Shown here piece by piece: positions 1-14,207 of a stretch of DNA of 64,000 bases. The position numbers and the translations under genes are program-made. The stretch lies in assembly GCA_973895155.1 (NCBI GenBank), contig OZ316892.1:24127971-24191970 (forward strand), read 5' to 3'. Positions within the stretch are counted from its first letter, which is position 1. Each line of letters opens with the position of its first letter. Source of the DNA: Marsupella aquatica. Its lineage: Eukaryota; Plantae; Marchantiophyta. A model generated the notes under the pieces. It saw nothing but the letters and a program-made list of their open reading frames with translations, was not told the DNA's origin and did not search any database.

Positions 1-850
1 CATCTTACTCCATAACGTCCCTGCAAACCAACGTACCAAAAATTGCCATTATGGCCTGAATGTAGAAAAAGCGGCGAAAACGCCTAGTGGATTGTACAAA
101 TCATGTCAATAGATGAATGGGATCCTCAAACATAAGAGCAACGACGAGCCAAAGAATTTGAAGAGGTAGGTGATCGTCAGGAATGCGACACTGCAGAACA
201 GATATCCGATATTTTCTGTGGACGAAACCAGTAAAACGCATGGCACTTAGTTTTCATGACACAAGTAGTATTCAATTCTCCTCAACAGAATCCACTCCAG
301 CCAGCAGAATCTCAATACAGAGCTCGTCCGTCCATGCAGTTCGAACAACGAAGATTCTATTTGCATCGCAACGCAGAGAAGAGCTCGCGCTTTCGTTGCG
401 AAAAGGGAAGGGAAAACAATACTAAAACGTGGACACAACAGGAACAACAACGACGCCATCCAAGGACCAGGGGAACCACATAATCAGCCGAAACAGTTAG
501 ATCCGTCCCCTCACTCGCAGCAAGAGGACCTCCGTGCTCTCCAACACATTTCACGTCAGATACAACGCTTCAATCGCCGTTCCAAGCAAAAGAAAAACTT
601 CCCTAAACAAGTAGATTGGCTCAAAACCATCACGCTTCACCTAATCAGTAAAAACCCCCTTCCTCACAGCAGACAAGACCAAAACTCGTCATACCAACAA
701 ATTGTTGAACAATCAGCGTCAATCGTTCCTTCTTTCGAACGTGCCACCCTCCCTCGCTCACCTTCAGCTCTTCATCTTCATCGTCATCTTCATCTTCATC
801 GTCATCGTCATCTTCACCGTCAGCTGCAATCGACCGAAACGAAACAGATT
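1..850 (-). other. Probable 5' end (leader exon, first intron, start of exon 2) of a minus-strand gene continuing left of the window
   Basis: On the minus strand a (GAY/GAR)n microsatellite exon ends AAG|GTGAGC (donor, intron starts 761). An acceptor TTTGCAG precedes exon sequence 20..1 (GGACGTTATGGAGTAAGATG). The product cannot be identified. Confidence 0.4.
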
Positions 851-877
851 GCACAGAGCGGACATTGATGGTTGTGG

Positions 878-1153
878 GTGTTGTGTGGAATCGTCGAGGT
901 AGAGTACTACACTACAGTCTGCTCTGTAAGTGCAAACTCCATAAGCGCAAAAAAATGGATAACTGCAAGCGTGTTGTGTGGAAACGTCGAGGTAGAGTAC
1001 TACACTGCAGTCTGCTCTCTGGGTGGAAACTACATAAGTGCAAAAAATGGATAACTGCAAGCGTGTTGTGTGGAAACGTCGAGGTACTGTACTGCACTAC
1101 AGTCTGCTCTCTAAGTGCAAGCTCGATGAGTGCAAAATATGGATAACTGCAAG
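878..1153. repeat. Tandem repeat, 3 copies of a ~92-93 bp unit
   Basis: Unit gtgttgtgtggaa(t/a)cgtcgaggta...tggataactgcaag starts at 878, 971 and 1063, with few substitutions. Confidence 0.92.
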
Positions 1154-2090
1154 GCACGTTTGTTGCTGTGGGGGCACTCACACACTACAATCGGCTTGTT
1201 CCTGTGTTTTTGCTTTGTTGCCAGGGTGGCAAATATTACCTTGTGTGACGGAAAAGATGGTTGGAATGTTCCCTATTAATTCTTGACTAGATAATTTCTG
1301 ACTTTCAGGATTTTCTAGATTTAAGCATCACGGTTACATTCTGGCTAACGGGAGACTGACTTTTAAGGCCAGAAGTTCACTCTCCACATGCGCATTTTGG
1401 AGAAGCCCTGCAGTCCATGTAGGATTGGGGGTGGCAGAACTTTTGTGCCACATTGAGTTACTTAAATGCTCTTTCCTATAAACTCGTGAACTTTTCAGGA
1501 AAGACCAAAGTAATCTGTCTTAGCTGCCCAGTTTTCACACGTCATAAACAAGATTCTGGATACCAAGATTGTAATCATCAGCAAGGTACTGGTTGCTAGG
1601 AGTGGCTCCTCTTAATATTTATAACCTTGATTACAAATGTGCTTTTTGGTGCAGGGAAAGTCCTGCTAGTCACTATTCTGCAAGTATAAACAAAGCTCAG
1701 GAGAACAAGGTCCAGAATGCTGTGGAGCTTTTATAATAATAAACTTTTCCAAATGCTTCATGGCCCGTGACATAGAGAAGCTTACAAACGAGGTGTTTTG
1801 CAAGATCCTCTAGCACTGTTCCATTTTTCCAACTGAACTAAACATGACCTCTCAAGATAGACCTGTGTAGATTTGGGCTCACAACCAGTAACGAATGTTA
1901 CAGTATGAGGTCTGGTGCTCTTTGCTCGATACTACCTCAGGACAGTATCAGATGCAGTGGGCTGACATAGTAAGCAGAAGCATTATACTGTTGACTAGTC
2001 AAATGTTGAGCCTGAACCTGGATTCTTGCCCACAATATAAATCAAGGACTAGGAAGGTTTCAGCTGCCACTGGACCACCATGCAAAGGTA

Positions 2091-5000
2091 TTACTGCAAA
2101 GCCAATATTTTTGTAGTTTCAAGCACACCATCATAGGTACTCCTTGGCACATCTCCACGCTTGATAAGGCGTGGCCCCACTGGAGGCCCTCCTCTCTTTG
2201 GACGGATATCCTGCACAAAGAGCCAACGTTAGAGCTGGTTCTTGCTACCACAAATGAGACGAGGTGGGATCAAACCCTTCTTAAAGCCACAAACAAGAAA
2301 GTACCTTCCGAATCCTTGAGGAGATGGGAGAGCCACCTTTACGGGAATGACCTCTCTCATCAAAGGAAAACAGAAGCAGTCAATGCTATAAAATTAGAGA
2401 ATTGAACAAATATTCATATAGAGAGGAAGGCCCACAGAGACAAATTACTGTGCAGATCGTCATTCTTACTCTCACCAAAACTTACTCCCGCATTAAGCAG
2501 TTCCGTCCTAACATAGATATCTCCATTTTGACATCGGCACAGAGAAATGGAAACCACACCTGATCAAAAATTGACACTGGAATGGCCAGCGTTGCACAGG
2601 CGTTGGGTGCATCCACTATGCCGGACAATCGACCCTCACAAGGACAGCAAGACAACAGAAGATAAACCTGCAAATGCAAGCAGCACATAATTAGTTGAAT
2701 TGGGACTTTCTAACGTTGTTGAGGCTATGCCTGTGGATTGGCCCAATTTGGTGTCGTCTTGCAAGCAATGACACTATGGGCAGCATTACTTCTTAGATCG
2801 AGAGTCTAACCTATTCTGAATCAAGACATATCTCATTATACCAGTAAATGCTTTTGTATGTTTCTTCTTTCAATGCCAATCATTCAGTCTTAGTCTGGTG
2901 ACCACTGAGAGTAGCGGTATTATCACCAGCAGCTTCTGGTGTGCTCAATTTGTTCACGTGGCAACGCATTTTTCCGATCTCTTCAAAAAAGAATAATAAT
3001 AAGAAGAATCCTTTATGACTGCTAGAATTAGACAATTTACTAGTAAGCAATCGGACAACTACAATGAAGGTGGTTTACCTGTTCTTTGGTGTAGCCAAAC
3101 TTAGATAGGTAATCAATTGCGTTAAGAACAGCCCGTTTATATGCGACAGTAGCATCAAGATAATGTTGTCGTCCCTTCTCATCCACACTGATGCCCTCAA
3201 ACACAAGCCACTCGGAAAATCTGGGCTCCAACGGACCAATCTCAAAAATTGGATTCACGTGTAATTTGGTGGGTCCCATGGGAGTTAGATACTGTTCACA
3301 TCCTCCTCGTAAAATCTCACACCTGCAATAGTTGAATTCCGATTAAGCTGTAAGAAGCGTGTAACAATGGTCTTGTCTAGTAACCATTCTTTTGGTTCAC
3401 TGGTCTAACAGGAGCCTTACCACGGCTGGGAGGCCGGTTCTTCTCAGCCATGCCCTCAGTTCAATCCCGACTTACCACCTGACGGTGCTGGCACTATACA
3501 GAACAGGATATAAGGAAATGGAGATAATTTGCAGATGGTTTTCTAGGGGCTGAATCAGACGGAAGGGCACAAGACGGCACTGATAGCTTGGCAGATGTTA
3601 GCAAGACACGAAAGCGAAGGTGGGCTGAACATCCTGCCATTCAAAGACCAGGCCCGTGCACTTAAAACATGTCATCAAACTCATCACGGGAGAAAGACGG
3701 GAATGGACCATCATGGCCCACGACATCATCAAACGAGGATTAAGAACTAGCACAAGAAGGAAAAAGGAGGTGGTCCCCTTTTTCAAGAAAAAAGGGGACA
3801 AAAGAAGGAAACAAAGAGCAAACTATTCTTTTGATTGATACATTACATGGGCATGAGATTGGTTGAAGCCATTAACTCTTCAATTCTATAAACTACTCAT
3901 GAATGACTGCATTATATCCAGGTTAGATAATTCGAGGAAGTATCAATTGAGGAGAGCCCGTCCTCAGTCCTTCCCGCACCCAAACTGTGGAGTCATCGCT
4001 ATTGATTGACTCCCAAGTGAACTAATTTACCACCATGTCGATTCAACGTTGTTCTGGCCACAGTTCTATCAAGAGTAAGGTTCCATACTTGAGCTCCAAA
4101 AAGCCGCTCATTTCGATGGCGCCACAAAAGGACACTTCACCATCGCCTTGGGAGAAATGCATGTCACCCATGCTGAGATTTGCTCCTTCCACAAACACAG
4201 GGAAATAGACCTTGCAACCTCTGCTCAGATTCTTAATGTCACAGTTGCCACCATTCTCTCTGCCAGGAATCGTTCGAGCACCTTCTGCTGCTATTCTTTC
4301 ATAATCTGCTGAGCCTGCTTTAATCTGAATAATTTAACAGGAAATTTATAGTGGTAACAATTTTTCAGACACGTAAGAATAACTGGAAACAACCCTTCGT
4401 AAAGGATGACTACCTTTCTTTAATTCTGCATCTCTAATTCACCACATATTAGTAACTTCAGGAGATTCAATCAATAATTGACACCAAGAATACTTTTGAT
4501 CCAGCCACAATCCTCTCGTCAAGAAAATGATCAATGAACAACATTTATTGGACCAGTTGATGGTGACCCACCTTTCCGAGAAGAGCCCCTTTCGCCAAGG
4601 GTAAATTTGCGAGAGGTCTTGTGTGCAATACTGCACCCAGTGTGATTGCATCTGCACCCTCTTTCTCAAGTTGGGCCTCCCTTGTGTTCCAAATCTCCAA
4701 CAACTCCTTGGATGGAGCAGTTCCAATCAGGCCGGGATGTGTAAGTCCAGGGAACCGCACACCTGATACAATTGGAATGCCGATGAATAACAATTGCAAA
4801 ACTCGATTCTGGCCCACATAATCGCATGCTAAATCTTCATCTTGGCATAAGCATCAATTCTATTATATAACTATGCCGATCAACATTTACATTTGTGAAG
4901 GTTTTGCACATTCTAATTTAGTGAACTATTGAAGCAGCCTAGTGAACACGTGTATATTGACTCGTGGCTTCTCCATGGAGATTCAATCATGAACAGGGTG

Positions 5001-6268
5001 TCTCTTCTGATCTTGTCTACAATTGCAGAGGCTTGTGTGGAAGGACATAATAAAGACCTGGAATGTGTCGAGAAGAAGCGAAGATTCCATCAAAGTCCCA
5101 GATGGCCTTAGCTGCGTGAGGGAAGTGGTCAGTCAAGAATCCACCACCATTGTCACGATCGAAGGCCCCCGTGAACCCCCACTCGTCGCCCGGAAGAGGA
5201 CCCAGATTGCAGATTTCCACCACCAGAATGTCTCCGGGGTGTGCAGGCACACCATCCTTGTCGCTTACTTTGACGGGGCCGCTGAGGTGATGGACCTGAA
5301 TCAGAGAGACGAGTGGTGATCAGTGAACCTGTCCTGACGCCGTCCTGACAAGCCCAATTCCATAGGCTGTGAGAGAAGGAATGCATAATGTCCAGCGCAG
5401 TGAATCCTGATTCTGCCACGGAACTAAAATAACGATGTTGCTCCCCGAGTTGCTAAGTTGGAGAACTAAGTGAATTGGTATCGAATCTATCAGCAAGAGG
5501 AGAACAAGGCCACCGAACGTCCAAATAAACCACCCATCCACAAAATTACATCAAAGGCTGTCTAAAGTTACACAGAAATAATGAGCCGAGGGGAGATTTC
5601 CAGGTAGACTCCTTCTTCAATTGTCCCTGTTCGAGTCTACTTTCCCACCTCAATCCAGTTCGTATATACTTAGTCTGGCTTCGGAATAAGTTCCCATAGA
5701 CAATTCGGGATCTACGGACTTTAGAGTCTGTTCATTTATTGGCCTGGAAGGTTTTTAAATCGCTCTTCCATCAACCAACATTGAGCAACTTTAATCTTCG
5801 CGAGCCACATAGGCAATCGGGGATCTATAAGCTTTAACAATCGAGTCGTTGACTTTCTATGTAGACTTTTGGATCACTCTTCGGTAAAACAAAACTTGAG
5901 CATCTTAGATGATCTCGAGCCACACGCCCGAAAGGGACTTTGGACCAGCGTTGAGGATCACTCTAACACGAAGATTAGAACTACAGCACACAGACAGGTG
6001 AAAGCATGCTGATAACAAATATAGACAAACTCTTAGAAATTCAACGTACCCTGGAGAGGTCCACGTGCTTGATGTCTTCAGCGCTGTCATCGTCCTTAAT
6101 TTGTCCTCCCGTCCAGTCAATTGTCTCCACACGAAACAAATCGCCTTCTTTCACTTCTCCCACAGGTGGTATTTCCGGGTGCCAGCGATTATGCAATGGC
6201 TGTTCCTGCTCATGGGGTTTCCGCTTGGGATCTACCTTTACCACTGGTATGGGCGTCCTCGGAGCCAT
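2091..6268 (-). CDS. Formamidase (acetamidase/formamidase FmdA_AmdA family), 451 aa, 7 coding exons
   Basis: Exons 6268-6050, 5295-5058, 4762-4572, 4324-4089, 3322-3079, 2667-2560, 2210-2091. All introns are GT-AG and in phase (1356 nt). Motifs: PLHNRWHPEIP, HLSGPV, GGGFLTDHFP, HPGLIGTAPS, RENGGNCDIKNL, GDMHFSQGDGEVSFCGAIEM, GIVDAPNACATL. Confidence 0.96.
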
Positions 6269-8646
6269 GATGTATGAACTGTCTAAGAAACAAAATCTCA
6301 AGCAGGCAGATTCTCTAGCTCAATCAAAACTCTGGGTTAGCTCTGAGTGTGGATAAGTATGGCCAGTCCTCAAGGACCCACATGCAGCACTAATGACCGA
6401 AATCCCGAGCGTTGTTTTTTGGGCGCCGAAGAGGCAGTGAGAGTATCTGCTGAACGAAACCAAATGCAATCAACATGCATGTGGTAATACAATCAGAGTG
6501 GATAAAGGCAAGTAATTGCTGAATTCTGTAGCAGCAGGCAATCATGTTAGCTGCCCACACGAACAGGTAGCTTCCCAAACAACACAGTCGAAATGTGGAC
6601 ACCGAGAATCAGGGTGAGTGATGGACAGAAGCTGACGACACTCAATGCCCGAATTACAAAGTAAGTATGGCCATGCACAGCCTCCGCCGGTGCACTATTA
6701 ATGAAGGAAAAAGCACTTTGCAAGTTCTCCCCTGAAACTAATAGGAGACGAGTATAAGTTGTCTGACGAGAGCTCCACTAGCCTGGCTGGACTGGCTGCG
6801 AAGAGACTTGGCTAGTTTGAGCCATCAGCTGAGATTCCCTGCCCTGTTCGCCCGCAGGCAACTGACAGAATCTTTCCGGAATCTTGACTAATTGTAGATT
6901 TCTGTTGTGGTCTGTTAATTTTGTTTAATATCTCGAACAGAATTTGTACTGATGTGTAGAATACCAAGATAACAGGGGAGCTTCCAGTAAGGGAATTAGG
7001 AGTACATTAGTAACAGAGGCGTCCATTACTATGTCCGCATTCCAAAGTATACTCTTCGTATTGAAGCTAACACTGCCGGTAATCCAAATCAACGATGCAA
7101 GTTTTCACCTAGTAAGAATACACTTTTTAAGTGCCTCTATTATATTAGAGAAGAGGCACAGGGACAACCCAAAATTGTAAGCGCCAGAAGTGCGAAGCTA
7201 CGGATAACATATGGTGTGTGGTGGAGTGCGGAGTTTTCGGAGAAAAACGAGTACACAGCCGGCTCTTTGCGGAAGAGTAGCCTGGCACGGCCTTCTGAGA
7301 TCGTTCCTTGTTTCATATCAGCCCGGAATTTGGCCCATGCCATGTGCTACAATCCTCGCAATGCCAAATCTTAGCGATGTTTGTAGCCTGCAATCGCCCA
7401 GGGACATCTGGCCTTCCAGATAGCCCAGATTCCTCGCATCAGTTGCCAGACCTGTCCAGGGGTGTTTCAAGGGCCTTGTTGTAGTCTATTTTCGGTTTTC
7501 TTTTCTCTTATTTGGGTTGAATACTTTCCTGCCAAGTCCGCAGCCTCCCATGACAAGCTTGTCCTTTCGGAAAAGGGAGGGCCTCTCTTAGTAAGTACGA
7601 ATCCAAGCTAGTGGTGTCTGCAATGTATCACTAAGCAGTTTACATCTCCCACTAAGTCGAGTCCACGCCGGTATGTGATGATTGCACCATCTTTATTTTG
7701 CATTTCACCTAATTTAGTTTCCCTGTTTGAGTGGTCACTACATTTCCAGGAACTGAGATGACTCCACCTGGATGGTTCTTCTGTCTGCTCACTCCCCGGC
7801 ATTCTTTCACGGCCTCTCTTGCCCATGCTGCCTCTCCGAACAGCTCAGGAAAGTTCTTGAGGCCTTCAACACCTATCTCGCAAACAACACCTATGCCTTT
7901 AAAAATTTAGTAAATCAGATTTGCATCTCATGAGGTACTAATAACATGATGGATTCACCCTCCTCCATAAGATCAACAGATGGTGGTTATGAGCTCAATC
8001 TGTGCTGGCAAGGGCTCCAACTGTTATTAGCTGATGGCAACATAAGCAACATTTTTCCGTGCAAGTATCCGTAGACAGGACCACGAAGTTCAAGTTTACG
8101 TGTAAGAGTTTGGACATTTTGGTGTGGGTTGTACAGCCTAGCTCTTGCTTGCCCGTGAATCACATTAGAATGTTAAGCCGAAGGTTCAGGTGTGAAATTC
8201 TCCGACTCAAGAGTAGTCCATGAGGACGGAAAGATCCAACTTCGTGTTCACCATGGACGGCAATTTGAGCAGAGATGGAACCTGGACCATTCGATCATCA
8301 CCAACAAGATCAAGCTTAAAGTTGAATATCCCAGGCTCAGCGCCTAGTCTCTTTTACTGTGGTGTGAAAAAGGCCTCTTACTGAAGCTACGGGGAGTGTT
8401 ATGGAACCTGAGGCAAAGCCTTCACATGCGTTGAAAAGCCTAAAACTCACATGAAGTACAGGAGTTCATCATTCCTTTAGTCAGCCTAGGAGGTAAATGA
8501 ATATATAGCAGGAAGGGTGGTGGCAAATGATATACTAAATCTCCATGTATTACAATCAACTTAAAGGTGGCATGCTGCAATATCAATCCAATAAATGGAC
8601 AACATTTAGTACACCATATGATGAATGAATCTCTGAATCAGCCGAC

Positions 8647-8876
8647 TCCCTGAATCATGGACATTTGAATATCTGCTTATCTAGGGTAAGTAATATATAC
8701 ACTTCTCGGTAACACATACCTAAATTACTCTCATGAAATCGTCTGTAATGAATGCAATGTCATTGTCCCTGAATCATGGACATTTGAATATCTGCTTATG
8801 TAGGGTAAGTAATACACTTCTCGGTAACACATACCGATCTCACAATCATGAAATCGTCTCTAATGCAATGTCATTG
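8647..8876. repeat. Tandem duplication, 2 copies of ~115 bp
   Basis: tccctgaatcatggacatttgaatatctgcttat...cacttctcggtaacacatacc...gcaatgtcattg starts at 8647 and 8766. Confidence 0.9.
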
Positions 8877-9318
8877 AGTTGTATGACATGCAAATCCTCC
8901 TCCACCATCCAACTCTCCAATCTTGTGGTTAAATGACTATAATACAACTCTCTCAGGACAAATTTAACAGGGATTCTTGTAGAAGGTTTTGGTGAAATAA
9001 GTACCACCCTCTTGACTTGTCGGGAGGCCTATGATAACACCTGGTGAATTTTGAGCTCGAAATGCTTCCCTGTCATGGAAATAAATTGGAGGCTCCATGA
9101 TTATTATCCCGTCACTGGCTCAGACACAAAGCAAGACGCCATTTCACCCATAACAGGGAGCTTGCCAAGCTGTGTTTGAATTCATCATCATGAACTGGGA
9201 CACGACTCACTTGACCGATGTAGGTTGTCTACATCTCCTCAGGCCAAGCAGGGTGTGCTTTCCCTTTCATCCTGATGATTACATGGCTTGAAATATCCAT
9301 AATGTTAATCTATTGTAC

Positions 9319-11498
9319 TCATCGGCCAACCAAGTAGCGCGTGCGGTTGTACGATTGTTTTACTCTGTCATTAATTGCAACTACATCGTTCTCCATGCCA
9401 CCAATAGCTGCAGTTTGCTTTTCCACCTCCTCGTTCATGACGGAGGTCATGTCTTTGAGTTTGGTCACTATGTCCCCCAAACCCTCCAACGCCTCGTCCT
9501 GATGCTCCTTCTCCATCTCTAGCTGCACTTCCGTGGCCGACAAGCCTTCAAACTTATTTGCTTTGGCTCGATTCCGCTCGCTCTCCTCTTCTTCGAAATC
9601 TTCTTTGCTGAGTACTGCTCTTCTGGTTGCCTCTGCATTCTTCTTCTTGAATGGATCAGGAGCAATTTGAGGTCCTTTGATCTTTGCCCCTTTCTTGGGT
9701 TTCCATCTCCTACTAAATATACCTGGGTTCAAAGAAGACATCTTCACATCAGTCTATCAATTCTGTTATTGGTGGTCTTGACCTCTAATACGAGACGGAC
9801 TTGCATGGAGAAATTGAGCACAAATTGTCATTTCATCACATTTTCAGACGTAAAGCGGAAACAAGTCCCTGGTGTTTCTTCACGGTGTGTGCTACTTTGA
9901 GTAATGCCATAGTTTTGCTGTGTAAACGGCTGCAGTACCATGTTACATTTCATGATGAAAAGTTGACCACATTGGAGAAAATGTCTGAGATCCTGCCTCG
10001 AGAACTCCAAGGAGTTTCAATAGGAAATGCAAAAAATCTCAGAAACAAAGTTTCGTTGACAACTCTAGATTCCAGTGGTTGATTTCTCCTAAACTAGATT
10101 GTCTGTTGAAACTCTGACAGTTACAGTTCAATTATTGACTTTGAAACCATGAGTACGGAGATCAAGATTTGTACCTCCAAGGCTGCCAAGCACCTTCTCT
10201 CCCACAGTTAGGTCCTCCTCAACCCTCACGGCAGCCAAGTGCGATCGCCTAATCTGTACTCCCTGTTCGTTCAGCATTTCCATCGTGGCAGAAGCAATTC
10301 CTGTGGTCTCCTCTGCCACCTTCACGCAGTCTCTAATGTTCTGTGACACATCCTGCAACCAAATTCCAAGTTTTCTGAACCTTATCAACAACAGATTGTT
10401 TGCCAAATCTGACAATTCTCAAAGACGAGAGGTGAAATCTGGTCGGCCCCAATTACATGAACCTCGGTAATAATTAAGTTACGCTCTGTAGGACTCGTCA
10501 AGAAAGGCTACTCCTTCAAATGAGTGAATGAATGAATGAACGAACGAAAATATTCAGAGTCGAGCCTCTCCTTGGCAGCACCCCTTTCTGCGTGTTTGAC
10601 CTTCCATCCTCGTCAAGGTTAGCACTTCAGCTTTAGAAACAATATGTTTAATTTCTGCAAGGAGTAAACAGTGCATTCCCGAAACCCCACTAGTACGAAG
10701 TGACACAGAGAGTCACCACCCTAAAGAGAAACTCAGTCCCCGTCGACAAGGGGATTAAGCTCCCAACGTGCTGCTACGGAGGGAAATCACGACTCGTAAC
10801 ATGGACAGTGAACAGCTGCGGATAAGCTAAAACTCTTTCAGAAGACGAGACACGCGAATTCTACAAGCAAATTTCTCAAGCCCTGAGGTCCGCCAGGTGG
10901 CCAGGGGCATACTAAAATATGCAAAGTTCCAAAGCAATGAACAAGCCCATACCTGAGATCGGAGAATTGCATAAGACTCCAGCTGATCCACACTGCGAGT
11001 CTCCAACTCGGTCTCCGTAAGCTGGGGTGTGTAGACCCTCCCAACCGGCCGTTCTGGTTCATGATCCTCACCGAAGAGGTCTCGCTTCTGCTGCTCCTCC
11101 TTCGTGAGCTCAGCGGTTTCCGCAGTCCCTTCCTCTGCAGACGACGCTCCATTCGCAGACGCAGCGACATTCCTCGTTCTGTTGGCCCTCAATTTATACG
11201 GAGTGCTAGCTTTAGTAGTTGTTGCGGCTGTTGCTGGGCCGATGCTTGCCAAAGCGGAAGGCCTCCGGGAGGTCCCCGTTGTTCCTCCCCTACCACTTTG
11301 ACCCGACTTTATCTTCTCTTTCAGAATCAATCCCGGGTCGGTGAGCTCGTCCTTGCTTGGAGCAGATCTCGCAGCGGCAGCCTCGACAGCGGCAATCTTC
11401 TCTTTCAGAATCAGGCCCGGGTCAGTAATAGGAAGATTGTCTCTGACTTGAGCGGCGGGCTTCATTGTCGGAGGTCTGGCTCTTATTCTAGTAGCCAT
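9319..11498 (-). CDS. SNAP33: SNAP25-like Qbc-SNARE (SNAP33/SNAP29/SNAP30 family), ~375 aa, 3 coding exons
   Basis: Exons 11498-10953, 10352-10175, 9722-9319 (1128 nt). Qb motif CVKVAEETTGIASATMEMLNEQGVQIRR, plant linker LGSLGGIFSRRWKPKK, Qc motif EKEHQDEALEGLGDIVTKLKDM...EVEKQ...RVKQSYNRTRYLVGR. The symbol denotes the family, not proven orthology. Confidence 0.9.
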
Positions 11499-14207
11499 AT
11501 CTGTACAGATATCTCGCGGAATTCCCAATCCCGACTTCCTACTAACACCTGCCTTCGCCGGATCGATTGTCTGTCTTAATCTACAGAAGGTGTTAAAAAG
11601 CAGACCTCCCTGACTCCGACTGCCTCCGATAAACCCTCAAGGGGCCAACAAAGTTACTAATCAATTACAGACCAGTGATCAACTCCTTCACAAATCCCTG
11701 ACTGTCAAGCCACAAAAGATTTTGAAACAAGCTCCCTCAAGTTGAAATCAGGTCAGAAGGTCAATTCATCAATCTCTGAGCAATTGTGCCGGCCCAATTT
11801 TCCGGATCTCAAACGAGCTGCAACAAAGCTCACCCTCGGAAAACCCAATTGGGTTCTGAGCTCCGTATCCGGACCACTAAGCCGTCGTCTCCCAATCCAA
11901 TCGTCTCGCTGCTTCCAGAAATCCAATCCACGCGGATCTGTCTACTAGACTCCAATTCGAGGAAGAAAAACGAAGTGCAATTCTTCACCTCTCCGGACCA
12001 GATCAAATTCTACAAAAGCAGAAGGAGGCCGCTTAGTGAAGCAACCAGTTGTCAATCAATCGCCTGTCGCGACGAGATCATCATAAGTAATGCAGATCAT
12101 CATCAGCCTGCGACGAAAGGAACGACGAAATGATAATATTTCCTCGTGCCCAAGAAGGAGAAGGTTTCTTCGACTAAAGGGTCATCTCCAATTCGGGCAC
12201 ACTCGTCTCGGGTAGACCGTAGCCTTTGAGTGAGACCCACGGTTAGCTACTAAACCCGGGTTGGCAAGTGCATCGGGTGATCTGAGCCCTCCATTGCGAA
12301 CTCTTGGCGTTTCTTCCTCCAATCCCTCGCACAAGCAAAATGAAGCCCCCATGGAACTAAACGTTTGGAACAGCTCCTGGATGGACCCGAAAACTCCCGA
12401 AGGACTGCACCGATATCTTTTGTGTACTACGATAGCACTTCCTTTGTAAAGCTATTCATACTCTTCTGGTCATGTGGTCCATCCAGGCTGCAAGGTTCAT
12501 AGAAGTGGTCTGAACAAGCATCAATATCCTTGACGAAGAGACTGTTTTATCTTCGAGGTAAATACAGACCGGGAAGGGATCCAACAGACGGGGAACGCGA
12601 CGACGGCGATGTTGTCCGACTGTCGGGAGTCCGCATATCCCGTCCAGGAATCCATCCGATGACGCGTTCCCGGTCGGAGCGAATAGGAAGGCTCGGCGAG
12701 CTTGCCGGCGAAGAGGTCGGATGGAGGGAAGAAGCGGTCAGGCCAGCGAAGTACCGGTAGCGTTGGATGTGGGCTTTGCTTCACTGGGTAGGGGAGACGT
12801 GTGTGGGGTTTCATGTAGAGGGACGGCAATTTCTCTCCACTCCCACATTTCCGAAAGGTTTATGTCCCTCCGGGCATTACCACCGGGAGGTCCATGCTCA
12901 ACTCGGTAAATGAGTGTGTAGCAAGTTGAATAGAAAACCAGCTTGTTGGTGGCAGACTGCACCCAGTCAGTATTTCAACACTATGCCCAATGGGCAACAC
13001 ACTGAGATGGTCTCCAGGGTTTAATTTTGTAGGGCTCGGTGGGAAAAAACGGTTTTACAGCCGGTCACTCTAAGGAAATCACCTGCCAGGCATTCCGGAC
13101 AACCGGTGGGAATGCTCTAAGTGTATTTCCACAATTGTTGCACTAAATGATTTAGCAAAAAAATTGACAAACTGAATTGATAATCCATGATATTTTTAGT
13201 TTGTATGGAGAGAATTTGCTAAGTGATACACTTTGAGTGTAATAATCACTAACTCAGCCCTCCTAACTCTACAACTTAATTGAATTTCATTGTTGAATTC
13301 TACAATAGTTTTGTATTTGCAATAATCTAGAGCTAGTGAGTCTACACAAATAATAGTTCCTCTTTCCTTTCATCTGTATGTGACAAGTAGCAGATGACCT
13401 GGGGAAAGAAAGGGTGTCATGGTGATATAGCATAATGTTTGGATGTGTGACTCACAAGTGGCTACAATTTTTTGCACCAATAGTAGGCTAACAAAGTGGA
13501 CCTCTTAACTCACATGCTTGTGTACTAAAGTAACTTGCTGCAGGGGAACTTTGGGAGAGTTCAAGGAAACACACAATAAAGCCCATATTGGGAATATGGC
13601 CCAGGTTTTGGCCCCATTACATTCTGGATAACTCTATAGTATCATCCAATTTACAGGGTGTGAACCATAATGCCTGGAAGAATGAGAGCTTGACCTTGAG
13701 TTTTGACAGTCTATTATCAACACCTATAGTACAATGTTGCACCACCTTATAGAGTGGTCGTCATTCAATTATGCAGGGGCGTTTTAGGTGAAGAAAATCA
13801 AACCAGACAAAATGAAAGGAGTAAACAAACAACACAACCCAATCTTTGTTGCTACGACCCTCCCCTCTCACCTTGCAAAACTTAATTTTGGAACTGCTCT
13901 TGCTCCCTTGGCCGCGGCGCTTTGTGACCCTGTCACCTCACCTTGCCTTGGATTGCCCCGCCCCACCCTGCACCTTCCCTTGTCGCGGCCCTCTCACCAT
14001 GCCCCCCTCCCTCGCCCTTCCTCAGTCACCTCCCTCCCTTGCGTGCCCTAGCACCCTTGGGCGACCAACATATAGCTCGCCTCAAGAACCTCGCTCCACC
14101 TTGCCTCTAACCCCCTCGCCGCCTTGACTTGACCTCACTGCCTGACCCAATGCAGAGAGCCCTTTGGCAAAGGCACGGCTCAGCCCATTGCCCAGCTAAA
14201 CCTCAAC

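Noticed and set aside
878-1153. CRISPR-like array or repeat-encoded ORFs
   Set aside because: Whole units repeat with no unique spacers, the context is eukaryotic with no cas genes, and the ORFs are by-products of the repeat.
3773-3799. Terminator-like hairpin gtccccttttt...aaaaaggggac
   Set aside because: Lies in a formamidase intron of a eukaryotic gene; short and low-complexity.
8170-8385. Short protein-like frames between formamidase and SNAP
   Set aside because: No recognisable motif, splice structure or partner exons.
11061-11579. 172-aa plus-strand ORF
   Set aside because: Antisense shadow of GC-rich SNAP exon 1.
12190-12960. tRNA/SINE-like fold and GC-rich ORFs
   Set aside because: No cloverleaf or A/B boxes could be built, and the ORFs lack a recognisable domain.
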